Shown piece after piece: positions 50,450-62,029 of a DNA stretch of 64,000 bases. This DNA comes from Stegostoma tigrinum (Eukaryota): NCBI RefSeq assembly GCF_030684315.1, contig NC_081355.1, positions 82,298,924 to 82,362,923 of the forward strand, written 5' to 3'. Position 1 is the first letter of the stretch. Each line of letters begins with the position of its first letter. The position numbers were made by a program, and so were the translations under genes. The notes beneath the pieces were generated by a model. That model ran no database searches. It was not told the origin of the DNA and worked only from the letters and a program-made list of their open reading frames with translations.

Positions 50450-53400
50450 AGGTTACATGTTTTCAAGTTGTGTTTCTGCAAATTACGTTCACTAGGATGG
50501 TTTGTGGCTGAAATGAAGGCAGAAACAGCTGAAAGAACAATCAGCCGCCACTCTTAAGTTGCCAACAGAGAAATAGAATTGAAATGCTACCAGAAGCTGA
50601 AATAACAAGACAGCAAAGGTCTGAAGATATATCTCTCAGTCAGACTTTCAGGCTTCACTGAAAATGTGCTCAGCTTCTGTCTGTAGCTTGAATAAGGATA
50701 TCATTAGTCAGGGCTGTGGGGGAATGCCCAAATAAAAACTAAATAAAATTCTGGAAATAATCAGCATGTCTGAAAACAGTGGTAGAAAAGGACATAGAGA
50801 TAATGGCAGAATTTAATGTTCCCCCAGAGCTGAGTTGCCCAGCCGAAATGTGTAACGGGGTGGAAATTCTAACACCTTCCTGACCCACCTCACCTCAATT
50901 AAATTCAGAATGGAAAGGATCAAGGACGGTGCTCCCCCTCAGATACCATTTGAGGCCTTGAGGTAACCACTTAAGGGCCTTGTCCCACCATCACTGCTGG
51001 TATACTCATGGTCAGCAACGCCACACTGTGTGGGCAACATGCCAGCTAAACACTAGTCAATGTGCCTATGGCCTGGTGTGGAGGAAAATCTGTCCTTCTT
51101 GGGCATCCCGGGTCTATGGAGTGCCATCCCAGAACCAAGGGCTACCAATATGGCATGCCCTTGCCTACCTCTTAAAGGAAACCCCAAGGCCCCACCTTCA
51201 CTTGGCCCTTGCTGACCGACCCCAATGATTATGCCTGTCCTACCTTTCCTTCAGGGATCCAGCAATGACCCTGCTGCAAAGTACCTTACACTTACCCCCG
51301 TGCAGTACCAGTAGCATCTGCCACTGATGCAAAGAAAAGAGCAAAACTGAGTCATAAGGAGGGCTGGATTTTACGTTCGATATTCTGTTAGTTTGAAGTA
51401 GAGCAGGAAAGTGAAACCCAGCGACTGACTTTATTGCCACCTGGCTACTCATGCCCCGAACTGCCTGAAATTTTATGGGGGCTGGGAAGATGCCAAGGTT
51501 CCTACACCCCCACCCCTCCACTATCCCTCCCTTTAAGGCTCTTACATCACCAATTACTGGCCACTTAGAGATCTTATCTTATTTTGTGCGGTATTGTACA
51601 TGCAGCAGGAGCCGCTGCACACCAGGAAGAATGTCCAGCAGCTTTAACTGCCTGGACTGGTGTAATCTGCAGAGCTTGTCATGCAAGGGCTGACCCCCTT
51701 GTGGTACTAAAAAGCCCTATGGAACCTCACCATCTCGCTTTCAGATCTACACCTATTTAACCATTCCACCACTACCCCTACCCTCTTGAACCCAGAGCAC
51801 ACCTCCCTCACTGAGACCCCAGGCCCTGGGCCTACCTGGGATCTTTGGCATACTGGAATTCCCTGTGTTCCTGGCATCAGTTACCACTCCCACCTGGCAG
51901 TTCAGGGCATTCAATAGGCTAACAGCTCTCTAAGACAGGATGTCCTCCTAAGATAGAGGCAAAATGCAATTTGTACTGCTCCCAATGATACATTCCCCAA
52001 AGCATCTTCAGCTGCAAGTGCAAGAACCATTGCACCCTGTGAAATCCAACCCATTGAGTAATTTTCAGCACAGAAGGCTATCCCGCCCATCAAGTCAATG
52101 ACAACTCACAGTGGAATAACCCAGTTAGTTCCACTCCCATAGACAATCGACCCCAGTTACCAGGATGTGTTACTCCATTCATGTTCCTATCAAATGTCCT
52201 TTTAAAATCATTGTTTCTGCTTTCACTTCTACCAAGGGCAGCACAGTCTAGGTATTATCACACTGAATAATAAAAATCCTCTTCATATACTTACTGTACC
52301 TCATGTCCAAAACCTTATGTCTACGTCACCTAGTGGCATTATTAGCTTGTGGCTCATAGATTTAGGTTTATGTTTTATTGTCATGAGTACATGAGTACAA
52401 TGACAAGTATACAAAGTCACCATTCTTTGGCACCATTTTATGATGTAAAACACAGGATTAACAATTGAAGCAGAAATAAAACGAACAACCAAAAGATAAG
52501 GAAAAGTCGAGATTATGCCCAGTCTCTGCCAGGAGTCCTCACCATCAGAAAAGCAAAGCCACAAAGCCCATCCCTCAGTCTGTGAGCTCTCAGGATGCTC
52601 CGAGTCCCCATGTGCCACCGCAGCTGGAATGCCATCACCTCCACCGTCAGGTATCGATGCCGAGTCATGGCCTAGAGCCATGAGCACCGTCACCGCTGGA
52701 ACAGTGTCACCATTCTTCGGCATCATCTTGCCTCCACTGATGTCCACCATGAGTCTGCACTGGGCAGATCTTAGCAATGCAGCCTCCGCTGAAGCAGCTA
52801 GGACCCGGACTGGGCTCTGAAATGCAGGAAATGTGCAACAAAAACAAATAAAAAGCTTGAAATATAGAATATATCTATATCTGTATGAAATATAGCTATG
52901 TGAGATAGTGAAGAGAAGGGAAGAGTTAATATCTTGGACATAGTCCCTTGACCGGAATTAAAAACTAAAAGACAAGAAACTAATTTAATGGGATTGTGGC
53001 GGGGGTAGGGTTAAGTGTAAGACACGGACTACAGATATCCCAGTCACAGAGAGAAAATTCAAGAATTTAATGACCTACAAACCACATAATAGACAAGTGG
53101 AGAATTGTTAAATGGTATAAAAGATCATCTCAGTGAGGCAATGAAAATGCATTGAAAAGACAAAAGTACAAACAGCTAGGAACATGAAAAGGCATGGGAG
53201 AGGCATGAAGAGAAAAAAGGACATAGTTAAACAAAAGGAGAAAAAACGAGTCAGAGACACAGTCTGGAATGGAACCAAGAAAATGAAACATGTTTCAGGC
53301 TCCCCTTCCTGCCTTGTTTTCAGTATTTGAGTTGATGTTTCATAGTGGAATAGTCAAAAGGTGCTGCTTGACAACTGCCCTGTGATCATTTAAATGTTAT

Positions 53401-53660
53401 AATGATGCTGGAAGCCTGAGATTTGAACAATTTTGTAGCTCACACAGGGTGAAAGTGTTTTTATTGAAAATGTTGTGCCCTTAAAGGACTTTCAGTGGAT
53501 CAGAAAGAAGAGTGCTTCCCATCAATTCTCTCCTACACACTTATTTCCTTTGCACTGAACTTTCCAAGCAAAGAATTCCCCATTGGAATAGGCAGCTGTC
53601 CCCCATGGGTCAGATCAAAATCCCAGCATTAATTTGAAGGATCAAAGACAGAGAATTTAA

Positions 53661-54013
53661 GGGCAGCGCGGTGGCTCAGTGGCTAGCACTGCTGCCTCAC
53701 AGTGCCAGAGACCCGGCTTTGATTCTAGCCTCAGATGACTGTCTGAGTGGAGTTTGCACATTCTCCCTGTGTCTGTGTAGTTTTCCTCTGGGTGCTGTGG
53801 TTTCCTCCGACAATCCAAAGATGTGCAGGTTAGGTAGATTGGCCATGCTAAATTAGCCATAATGTTCAGGGAGGTGCAGGCTAGGTGGACTAGCCTTGGG
53901 AATTGCAGCCTTACTGGAATAGGGTGGGGGTTATGTCTGGGTGGGATCCCCTTCAGAGAATTGGTATGGGCTTGATGGGCCAAATGGCTGCTACCACACT
54001 TAGGGATTCTATG
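53661..54013 (+). mobile_element. HE1/V-SINE-like tRNA-derived SINE
   Basis: gggcagcgcggtggctcagtggctagcactgctgcctcacag head, V-type core, tail gggattctatga. Confidence 0.85.
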
Positions 54014-54327
54014 AGACCTACCGCTCCTTCAATCCTGCTGATGAGGTGTTGGCTAACTTGTTACTTCTGCTTTGGCCTCCTCTGAAGTACTCCCCGTCAA
54101 TTGGGAATCCAGCTCATCAGTCAAGCTAAGATCTAGGAAAGAAAACTCAAACTTCTGGGTCCTGTGACTGAGCCTTCCTGCTCAAATAAACATGCCCTGT
54201 CAATATCTGGGTCTTTTGATGACAGTTAGGGCTTTCTACCAAAATGAATGAGTTTAATTTCAAAACAAACAGGAATTTCTTTGGACTCATTTTAAAGCAT
54301 GTTCTCAAACTGGAAAACATGTTGGGA

Positions 54328-54447
54328 CAGTAAGAACTGCAGATGATGGAATCAGAGATAACACAATGTGGAGCTGGAAGAATGCACCAGGCCAGGCAGC
54401 ATCAGAGGAGCAGGAAAGTTGACGTTTCGGGGTGGGACCCTTCTTCA
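54328..54447 (-). mobile_element. Solo PLE hammerhead mini-insertion (120 bp)
   Basis: Minus strand begins CTGAAGAagggtcccaccccGAAAcgtc; TSD gaaaac(a/g)tgttggga (54313-54327 / 54448-54462). Confidence 0.85.
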
Positions 54448-54519
54448 GAAAACGTGTTGGGATATTCCGTTTAATGATAATGAATCCTGCACAGCCAATG
54501 GAACTCTGAAAGTAGATTT

Positions 54520-54610
54520 ATAGAACATAGAACATAGAACATTACAGCACAGTACAGGCCCTTCGGCCCTCAATGTTGTGCTGACCTGTCATACCAATCT
54601 GAAGCCCATT
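54520..54610 (-). mobile_element. Short CR1 tail (same family as 35645-36142)
   Basis: Near-identical (tagaaca)n ttacagcacagtacaggccc... sequence. Confidence 0.8.
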
Positions 54611-54925
54611 TCCTGAATTTGTAAGGCTGAGAAACAAAAATGGTCTTCGTGGCAGCTGTCTTTAGCAAGTCCGACAAGAGAACCCAGCTGCATGGTGGAT
54701 GCATGATGTGACAGGTTTGTCCTCACAACCTACTAAGCTGATATAACAGGAACGTTTGAAGGGCACTTTGTGAAATACAAATGTAGCCATTTCAGCAAGG
54801 AGTGACAACAAAGTTGAGAAATGCTTATTCTGATTTCAGCTGAGCCGGTAGGTAAATATTCTAATCTGAACTTGTATTTGTAACTGAAAAAGTGCATCAA
54901 TCTGGTCTGTCTTGCTATTTTTCAG

Positions 54926-54997
54926 GGGGAGCCTGGTAAAAGGGGACCCAGTGGCTTTTTTGGACATCCTGGACCAACTGGACCTGCTGGCGCTAAG
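54926..54997 (+). CDS. COL28A1: Collagen XXVIII-like exon (GEPGKRGPSGFFGHPGPTGPAGAK)
   Basis: ctatttttcAG / GTgatt; 72 bp, phase 0, perfect Gly-X-Y. Confidence 0.85.
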
Positions 54998-55079
54998 GTG
55001 ATTTCCTTTACTTTGAATTTATCCTTAATCATTTGAAAAACAAATGAAATTAATATACGGTTACAATAATATCCACCTT

Positions 55080-55445
55080 AATGGGACTAAACAGGGTAAA
55101 CACAGGAAGGATGTTCCTGATGAGCAGGGAGTCCAGAGCCAGGGATCACAATTTAAGGAAATGGGTTATGGTCTGTAGGACTGAGATGAGGATAAATTTC
55201 TTCACCCAAAGGGTGGTGAGCCTATGGAATTCACTGGCACAGAAAGCAGCTGAGGCCAAAACAATGAATATTTTCATGAAGGACTTAGATATAGGTCTTA
55301 AGCCTAAAGGGGTCAAAGATTATATGAAAAAAGCAGGAACTGGGGACTGAGGTGGATGATCAGCCCTGGTCGTGTTTAATGGTCAAACAGACCAAAAGGG
55401 TTGAATGGCCTATTCCTGCTTCTATTTTCTGTGTTTCTATATTCT
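55080..55445 (+). mobile_element. CR1 3' fragment
   Basis: ORF 55081..55350 (NFFTQRVVSLWNSL) followed by a tail. Confidence 0.75.
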
Positions 55446-56119
55446 ATTTTAGTTAGCTGATTATATATTAAATTCCCTTTAGGAATAATAGTTGCATCAT
55501 TGACTTAAATGGCAAGAAAATAATTTGCAATATTCACCTGAATTTTCATTATGTGACCTGATGGGTTTGGTTCCACCTAAGAGCATGAAGTTAGATAATG
55601 ATTTTGGGATTATTTTTAATTTTTGAAAAGGTATTAAAAGATAAGGTGTTAATTGTGACCACTGTTGTGCTTCATTTCCATGATTGGTCATTGAACATAT
55701 GCTGTTGGCATAAAACATCAGAAGGCCATATTTGAATATCAGGTGGGGAGGATTATGCACATCTGCAGCTCAGCTGATGCATCCTCATTGACAAAAGAAA
55801 ATGTAGGATTGCCTAACTGGTGTACCATATTCTGACTTGAGAGCAGAGAAGCAAGAAGCATATCCCGCAATGTTCTTTAGTTTAGCTTACAGTTCTCTCT
55901 GCCTATTAACACTATCATTGCAGCAGTAGTTGCCATGCTGATTAGTTGATGAATGGAGTTTGGGCAGGGAAAAGAACAAAGATGAACACGTACTCTTACG
56001 TAGCTCTGGGAAACTTAATCATAGAATTGAAGAATGATACTGAAAGGAGCAGTTATCATATCTGTGATGTCTAAAGAACAATTGAAGTTATTCCCTGAAA
56101 GAAACTCACTGGGAAGTTT

Positions 56120-56325
56120 CAGAGGTAGTAGGAACAGCAGATGCTGGAGAATCTGAGATAACAAGATGTAGAACTGGATGAACACAGCAGGCCAAGCAGC
56201 ATCAGAGGAGCAGGAAGACTGACGTTTGGTTCAAAAGAAGGTTCTAGGCCCAAAACATCAGCCTTCCTGCTCCTATGATGCTGCTTGGCCTGCTGTGTTC
56301 ATCCAGCTCTACATCTTGTTATCTA
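56120..56325. mobile_element. Palindromic PLE pLTR mini-element, family 1
   Basis: Inverted arms meet within the hammerhead region (about 56220-56260); tail on the left arm; imperfect TSD actgggaagttt / actgagaaggtt. Confidence 0.85.
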
Positions 56326-57046
56326 ACTGAGAAGGTTTTTTAGTTGTATTAAAGGGAGTTGAAATCAAAGATAACGTTTTAGCACTTCTGCTTAAATACA
56401 GAGCTAATGTGCTACCCATTGCCATGGAGATGCGGGTAGAGGAAGCCATTTTGAAATAAGGTTACAGGCTTCCCTAAATATCCAGGAATGTTTCTACAGT
56501 TGCAGTTTTTTCTTGTGCTATCAGTAATCAATTGAAACGTAGAGCAAGAGATCAGCAAGGCCTGCACTTTAAGCAGAGAAAATGTCGTTTTTATCATTTA
56601 CCACACAGACGGCAGATAGGAACTCACATTCATGTTGAAGACTAAGTTCATGAAGAGTTAAGGAAAGCTGGAAGATTTGCCTATCAAGTGCAACTGTCAC
56701 ATTGAGAAGTGGTTCTGGGATGAAAAGTTACTCACACAGGAAATAAAAAGGAAGCAAAAAATAGGAGTCTGGGAGCAACTGTGAATTGGGTGTGACAGTT
56801 TTGTAATTCCATCAAGAGTGTGCTATGTGTTAAGTAAAAAAGCTATGTTTAAAGAATGCTATGAAATATATCCACAAAAATAGAATAATGTTTCATGGTT
56901 AGTTTTTCTATTCACTTGTTACAATGAAGGTTTAAGATGTGGTACGTCAACATTTTATTCTTTCAACTATGAAACAGAAGTTCAAATTTCACTTTAAAAG
57001 TAATCAGCCTCAATGGAGATTTGTAAGAAAATGGATCTTGCAGGAA

Positions 57047-57181
57047 TGACCGTCTGATGAAGGGTCTAAGCCCGAAACGTCAGCTTTTGTGCTCCCGAGA
57101 TGCTGCTTGGCCTGCTGTGTTCATCCAGCCTCACATTTTATTATCTTGGAATTCTCCAGCATCTGCAGTTCCCATTATCTC
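57047..57181 (+). mobile_element. Solo PLE hammerhead mini-insertion (135 bp)
   Basis: CTGATGAagggtctaagcccGAAAcgtc at 57054-57081; perfect 14-bp TSD ggatcttgcaggaa (57033-57046 / 57182-57195). Confidence 0.9.
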
Positions 57182-57485
57182 GGATCTTGCAGGAAGTCTG
57201 GCACAGGGCTTGCATAACTAAGTGAATACTAAAATTGCACTTGGGGACTGGAAAAAAAGCAGATGTACTCCTATCTTTTCCAAAAGTAGGAAAGCGATCT
57301 GGAAAACCACAGGGCAATGAATTTGATGTCCATTGTATGTTAAGCTATGGAAACCCCTGTTAAAGATAAGGTCATTGTACATCTGGATTGAAATAAAATT
57401 ATAAAGAAAAGCCATGTGAGGTTTGAAAATTAAGCAACATAGTTTGTCTGAGTAGAGTAATGGAAAGTGGGGCAGTGAAATGTTA

Positions 57486-60433
57486 ATAAAATGTGAGGCT
57501 GGATGAACACAGCAGGCCAAGCAGCATCTCAGGAGCACAAAAGCTGATGTTTCGGGCCTGGACCCTTCATCAGAGAGGGGGATGGGGAGAGGGAACTGGA
57601 ATAAATAGGGAGAGAGGGGGAGGCGGACCGAAGATGGAGAGTAAAGAAGATAGGTGGAGAGAGTATAGGTGGGGAGGTAGGGAGGGGATAGGTCAGTCCA
57701 GGGAAGACGGACAGGTCAAGGAGGTGGGATGAGGTTAGTAGGTAGATGGGGGTGCGGCTTGGGGTGGGAGGAAGGGATGGGTGAGAGGAAGAATCGGTTA
57801 GGGAGGCAAAGACAGGTTGGACTGGTTTTGGGATGCAGTGGGTGGGGGGGAAGAGCTGGGCTGGTTGTGTGGTGCAGTGGTGGGGGGGGTGACGAACTGG
57901 GCTGGTTTAGGGATGCAGTAGGGGAAGGGGAGATTTTGAAACTGGTGAAGTCCACATTGATACCATTAGGCTGCAGGGTTCCCAGGCGGAATATGAGTTG
58001 CTGTTCCTGCAACCTTCGGGTGGCATCATTGTGGCAGTGCAGGAGGCCCATGATGGACATGTCATCTAGAGAATGGGAGGGGGAGTGGAAATGGTTTGCG
58101 ACTGGGAGGTGCAGTTGTTTATTGGGAATCGAGCGTAGGTGTTCTGCAAAGCGGTCTCCAAGCCTCCGCTTGGTTTCCCCAATGTAGAGGAAGCCACACC
58201 GGGTACAGTGGATGCAGTATACCACATTGGCAGATGTGCAGGTGAACCTCTGCTTAATGTGGAATGTCATCTTAGGGCCTGGGATAGGGGTGAGGGAGGA
58301 GGTGTGGGGGCAAGTGTAGCATTTCCTGCAGTTGCAGGGGAAGGTGCCGGGTGTGGTGGGGTTGGAGGGCAGTGTGGAGCGAACAAGGGAGTCATGGAGA
58401 GAGTGGTCTCTCCGGAAAGCAGACAGGGGTGGGGATGGAAAAATCTCTTGGGTGGTGGGGTCGGATTGTAAATGGCGAAAGTGTCGGAGGATGATGCGTT
58501 GTGACCAGAGGTTGGTAGGGTGGTGTGTGAGAACGAGGGGGATCCTCTTTGGGCGGTTGTGGCGGGGGCGGGGTGTGAGGGATGTGTTGCGGGAAATATG
58601 GGAGACGCGGTCAAGGGCGTTCTCGATCACTGTGGGGGGAAAGTTGCGGTCCTTGAAGAACTTGGACATCTGGGATGTGCGGGAGTGGAATGTCTTATCA
58701 TGGGAGCAGATGCGGCGGAGGCGGAGGAATTGGGATTAGGGGATGGAATTTTTGCAGGAGGGTGGGTGGGAGGAGGTGTATTCTAGGTAGCTGTGGGAGT
58801 CGGTGGGCTTGAAATGGACATCAGTTACAAGCTGGTTGCCTGAGATGGAGACTGAGAGGTCCAGGAAGGTGAGGGATGTGCTGGAGATGGCCCAGGTGAA
58901 CTGAAGGTTGGGGTGGAAGGTGTTGGTGAAGTGGATGAACAGTTCATCCACTTCACCAACACCTTCCACCCCAACCTTCAGTTCACCTGGGCCATCTCCA
59001 GCACATCCCTCACCTTCCTGGACCTCTCAGTCTCCATCTCAGGCAACCAGCTTGTAACTGATGTCCATTTCAAGCCCACCGACTCCCACAGCTACCTAGA
59101 ATACACCTCCTCCCACCCACCCTCCTGCAAAAATTCCATCCCCTATTCCCAATTCCTCCACCTCCGCCGCATCTGCTCCCACGATAAGACATGCCACTCC
59201 CACACATCCCAGATGTCCAAGTTCTTTAAGGACCGCAACGTTCCCCCCACAGTGATCGAGAACGCCCTTGACCGCGTCTCCCGTATTTCCCGCAACACAT
59301 CCCTCACACCCCGCCCCCGCCACAACCGCCCAAAGAGGATCCCCCTCGTTCTCACACACCACCCTACCAACCTCCGGGTACAACGCATCATCCTCCGACA
59401 CTTTCGCCATTTACAATCCGACCCCACCACCCAAGACATTTTTCCATCCCCACCCCTGTCAGCTTTCCGGAGAGACCACTCTCTCCGTGACTCCCTTGTT
59501 CGCTCCACACTGCCCTCCAACCCCACCACACCCGGCACCTTCCCCTGCAACAACAGGAAATGCTACACTTGCCCCCACACCTCCTCCCTCACCCCTATCC
59601 CAGGCCCCAAGATGACATTCCACATTAAGCAGAGGTTCACCTGCACATCTGCCAATGTGGTATACTGCATCCACTGTACCCGGTGCGGCTTCCTCTACAT
59701 TGGGGAAACCAAGCGGAGGCTTGGAGACCGCTTTGCAGAACACCTCCGCTCAGTTCGCAACAAACAACTGCACCTCCCAGTCGCAAACCATTTCCACTCC
59801 CCCTCCCATTCTCTAGATGACATGTCCATCATGGGCCTCCTGCACTGCCACAATGATGCCACCCGAAGGTTGCAGGAACAGCAACTCATATTCCGCCTGG
59901 GAACCCTGCAGCCTAATGGTATCAATGTGGACTTCACCAGTTTCAAAATCTCCCCTTCCCCTACTGCATCCCTAAACCAACCCATTTCGTCCCCTCCCCC
60001 CAATGCACCACACAACCAGCCCAGCTCTTTCCCCCCCCACCCACTGCATCCCAAAACCAGTCCAACCTGTCTCTGCCTCCCTAACCGGTTCTTCCTCTCA
60101 CCCATCCCTTCCTCCCACCCCAAACCGCACCCCCATCTACCTACTAACCTCATCCCACCTCCTTGACCTGTCCATCTTCCCTGGACTGACCTATCCCCTC
60201 CCTACCTCCCCACCTATACTCTCTCCACCTATCTTCTTTACTCTCTATCTTCGGTCCGCCTCCCCCTCTCTCCCTATTTATTCCAGTTCCCTCTCCCCAT
60301 CCCCCTCTGTGATGAAGGGTCCAGGCCCGAAACGTCAGCTTTTGTGCTCCTGAGATGCTGCTTGGCCTGCTGTGTTCATCCAACCTCACATTTTATTATC
60401 TTGGAATTCTCCAGCATCTGCAGTTCCCATTAT
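57486..60433. mobile_element. Fold-back (palindromic) young Neptune-type PLE insertion; arms 57486-58940 (-) and 58942-60433 (+)
   Basis: Mirror ORFs 57716..58669(-) and 58913..60166(+) encode the RT C-terminus, Cys linker and GIY-YIG; 1-nt spacer at 58941; perfect 13-bp TSD cagtgaaatgtta (57473-57485 / 60434-60446). Confidence 0.95.
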
Positions 60434-60994
60434 CAGTGAAATGTTACATGGTTTTAAAAAATCACTGAAACTGAAAGAAAATCTAAAACACAATTGTGAG
60501 ACCAGCCTCATATATAGTATAGAAACTTAGGCAATGCCAAGAAGAGAGGAAGAATGATTGGACACTAATAAATTGCAGATGCTGAGAAAAATAAGAAAAT
60601 ACACAATCAGGAGCCATTACATCAGGGGCTCAGCGGAAATTGTGTTAATGTCAAACAAAGTAGCCAAGAAAAGATTAAAAAGATGTGATCATTTATTGTG
60701 GAGTGAGAGGGGAAATGTGGTGATGTGAGTGATTGGGTCGTGCTACTGTGAAGAAGGAGAAGATAAAGGCCCAAGACTGATAGAAAGATTGAGTGGTGAC
60801 AGCTTGGAAAATGAATCGATGACTGACTAGAGCAAGGGAAATCATTCAGCATTGTGTCAACTCCACCTCCCAAAAAAATGGGTAAAGCTGAAAGAAGAAC
60901 AAAAGAAGAGTTCATAAAAGGAAGGCCTTGCCAATTTAGCTTACTCATTTTCTTTAATAGGATAACAAAGGATTTTGATAGTGCTAAGGCAGTA

Positions 60995-61212
60995 AAGGTG
61001 AAGTCGCCATAGTTATACCAGACCGTAGGGCTGCTCTCTCAATAGAGAGAGGTGGTAGTTTAACCTAACAGTTACTGAACCTCAGATAATAGGAGAGAAT
61101 GAGAAAGAGAAACATTTCTGATTAATCTCAGCTTGAGTAAGAATTAAACTCATGTTGTTGGTGCTATTTTATATCGCAAACCAGCCATCCAACCAACTGA
61201 GCCAACTAACCC
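60995..61212 (-). mobile_element. tRNA-derived SINE
   Basis: Minus strand starts ggttagttggctcagttggttgga (A-box-like). Confidence 0.55.
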
Positions 61213-61499
61213 TAATTAAGCAGGAGACGTTGTGTACTTAACATTAAGTATGGCATTTGATACCATTCTTCTAGAAGTGTTGATACCTTAAATAAAGAAA
61301 GGACCATTCTGAAGAACTATGTTTTGAAATCAGTGATTAATGGAACCTGAGGGTTATAATACAACAATCATCTTGGAAATTGCCCTCAGCTGCGTCTCAA
61401 AGTGGTTTCTTTGGGAGCTCTATTATTTAATATTTTTACAAAAGATGTGGAGGTGTGAGTCGTAAGAACAGTCATTGAATTTGAAAATTATTAACCCTC

Positions 61500-61660
61500 A
61501 AGACATTTAAGATGTCTTTGGACAAGCGTTGAAATGCCACAGCTTACAAGGTTTTGGGCCGAGAGCTGGAAAATGGTATTAGAATAGATAGATGCTTGAT
61601 GATCAGTACAGACACAATGGGCTGAAGAGTCTCTTTCCGTGCTGTATAAACTCTATGATG
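61500..61660 (+). mobile_element. CR1 3' tail
   Basis: gacatttaagatgtctttggacaagc...ccgtgctgtataaactctatga. Confidence 0.6.
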
Positions 61661-62029
61661 CTCCATGATATAAAGTTGATAAAGATAGTAGACTACAAAG
61701 CTGGACCAGCATACCTACAGGAAAATGTAAAAATACATGGAAATTGAGCAGGCATGTAAGAGATGAAATTTCATGTTGAGAAATGCAAAGTGCTTCAGAT
61801 GAGGTCAAGCATCTAGAAAGGGATTATTATTGCTGTGAAAACCGAATTACCATTCAACCAAATTACTTATCGACATGTGGAAGCTTTTAATTACACATGT
61901 GTTTCTTAAACAGCCAAAAGATCACAGCAGACAGAAATTCAGGGCTGCCACTGGCAATTATGCCATGGGAACTTCAAACAGCGATCCATCAAAGGAATCC
62001 ATCATAGCAATCTGGATTGTGATCTCTTT

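Noticed and set aside
52301-52820. Overlapping 158-aa and 101-aa ORFs
   Set aside because: They lie in a GC-rich interspersed repeat, show no recognisable domain and have no splice support.
57729-59743. Recurrent antisense ORFs (MRLVGRWGCG..., MQGKVPGVVGLEG..., MFCKAVSKPP...)
   Set aside because: Shadow frames of the C-rich PLE sequence; they recur only because the repeat recurs.
58913-60166. 417-aa ORF as a novel gene
   Set aside because: Its start comes from the inverted arm (MEGVGEVD is antisense PLE). The rest is 5'-truncated PLE RT C-terminus + GIY-YIG lacking the YIDD core, with a frameshifted Pro-rich end.
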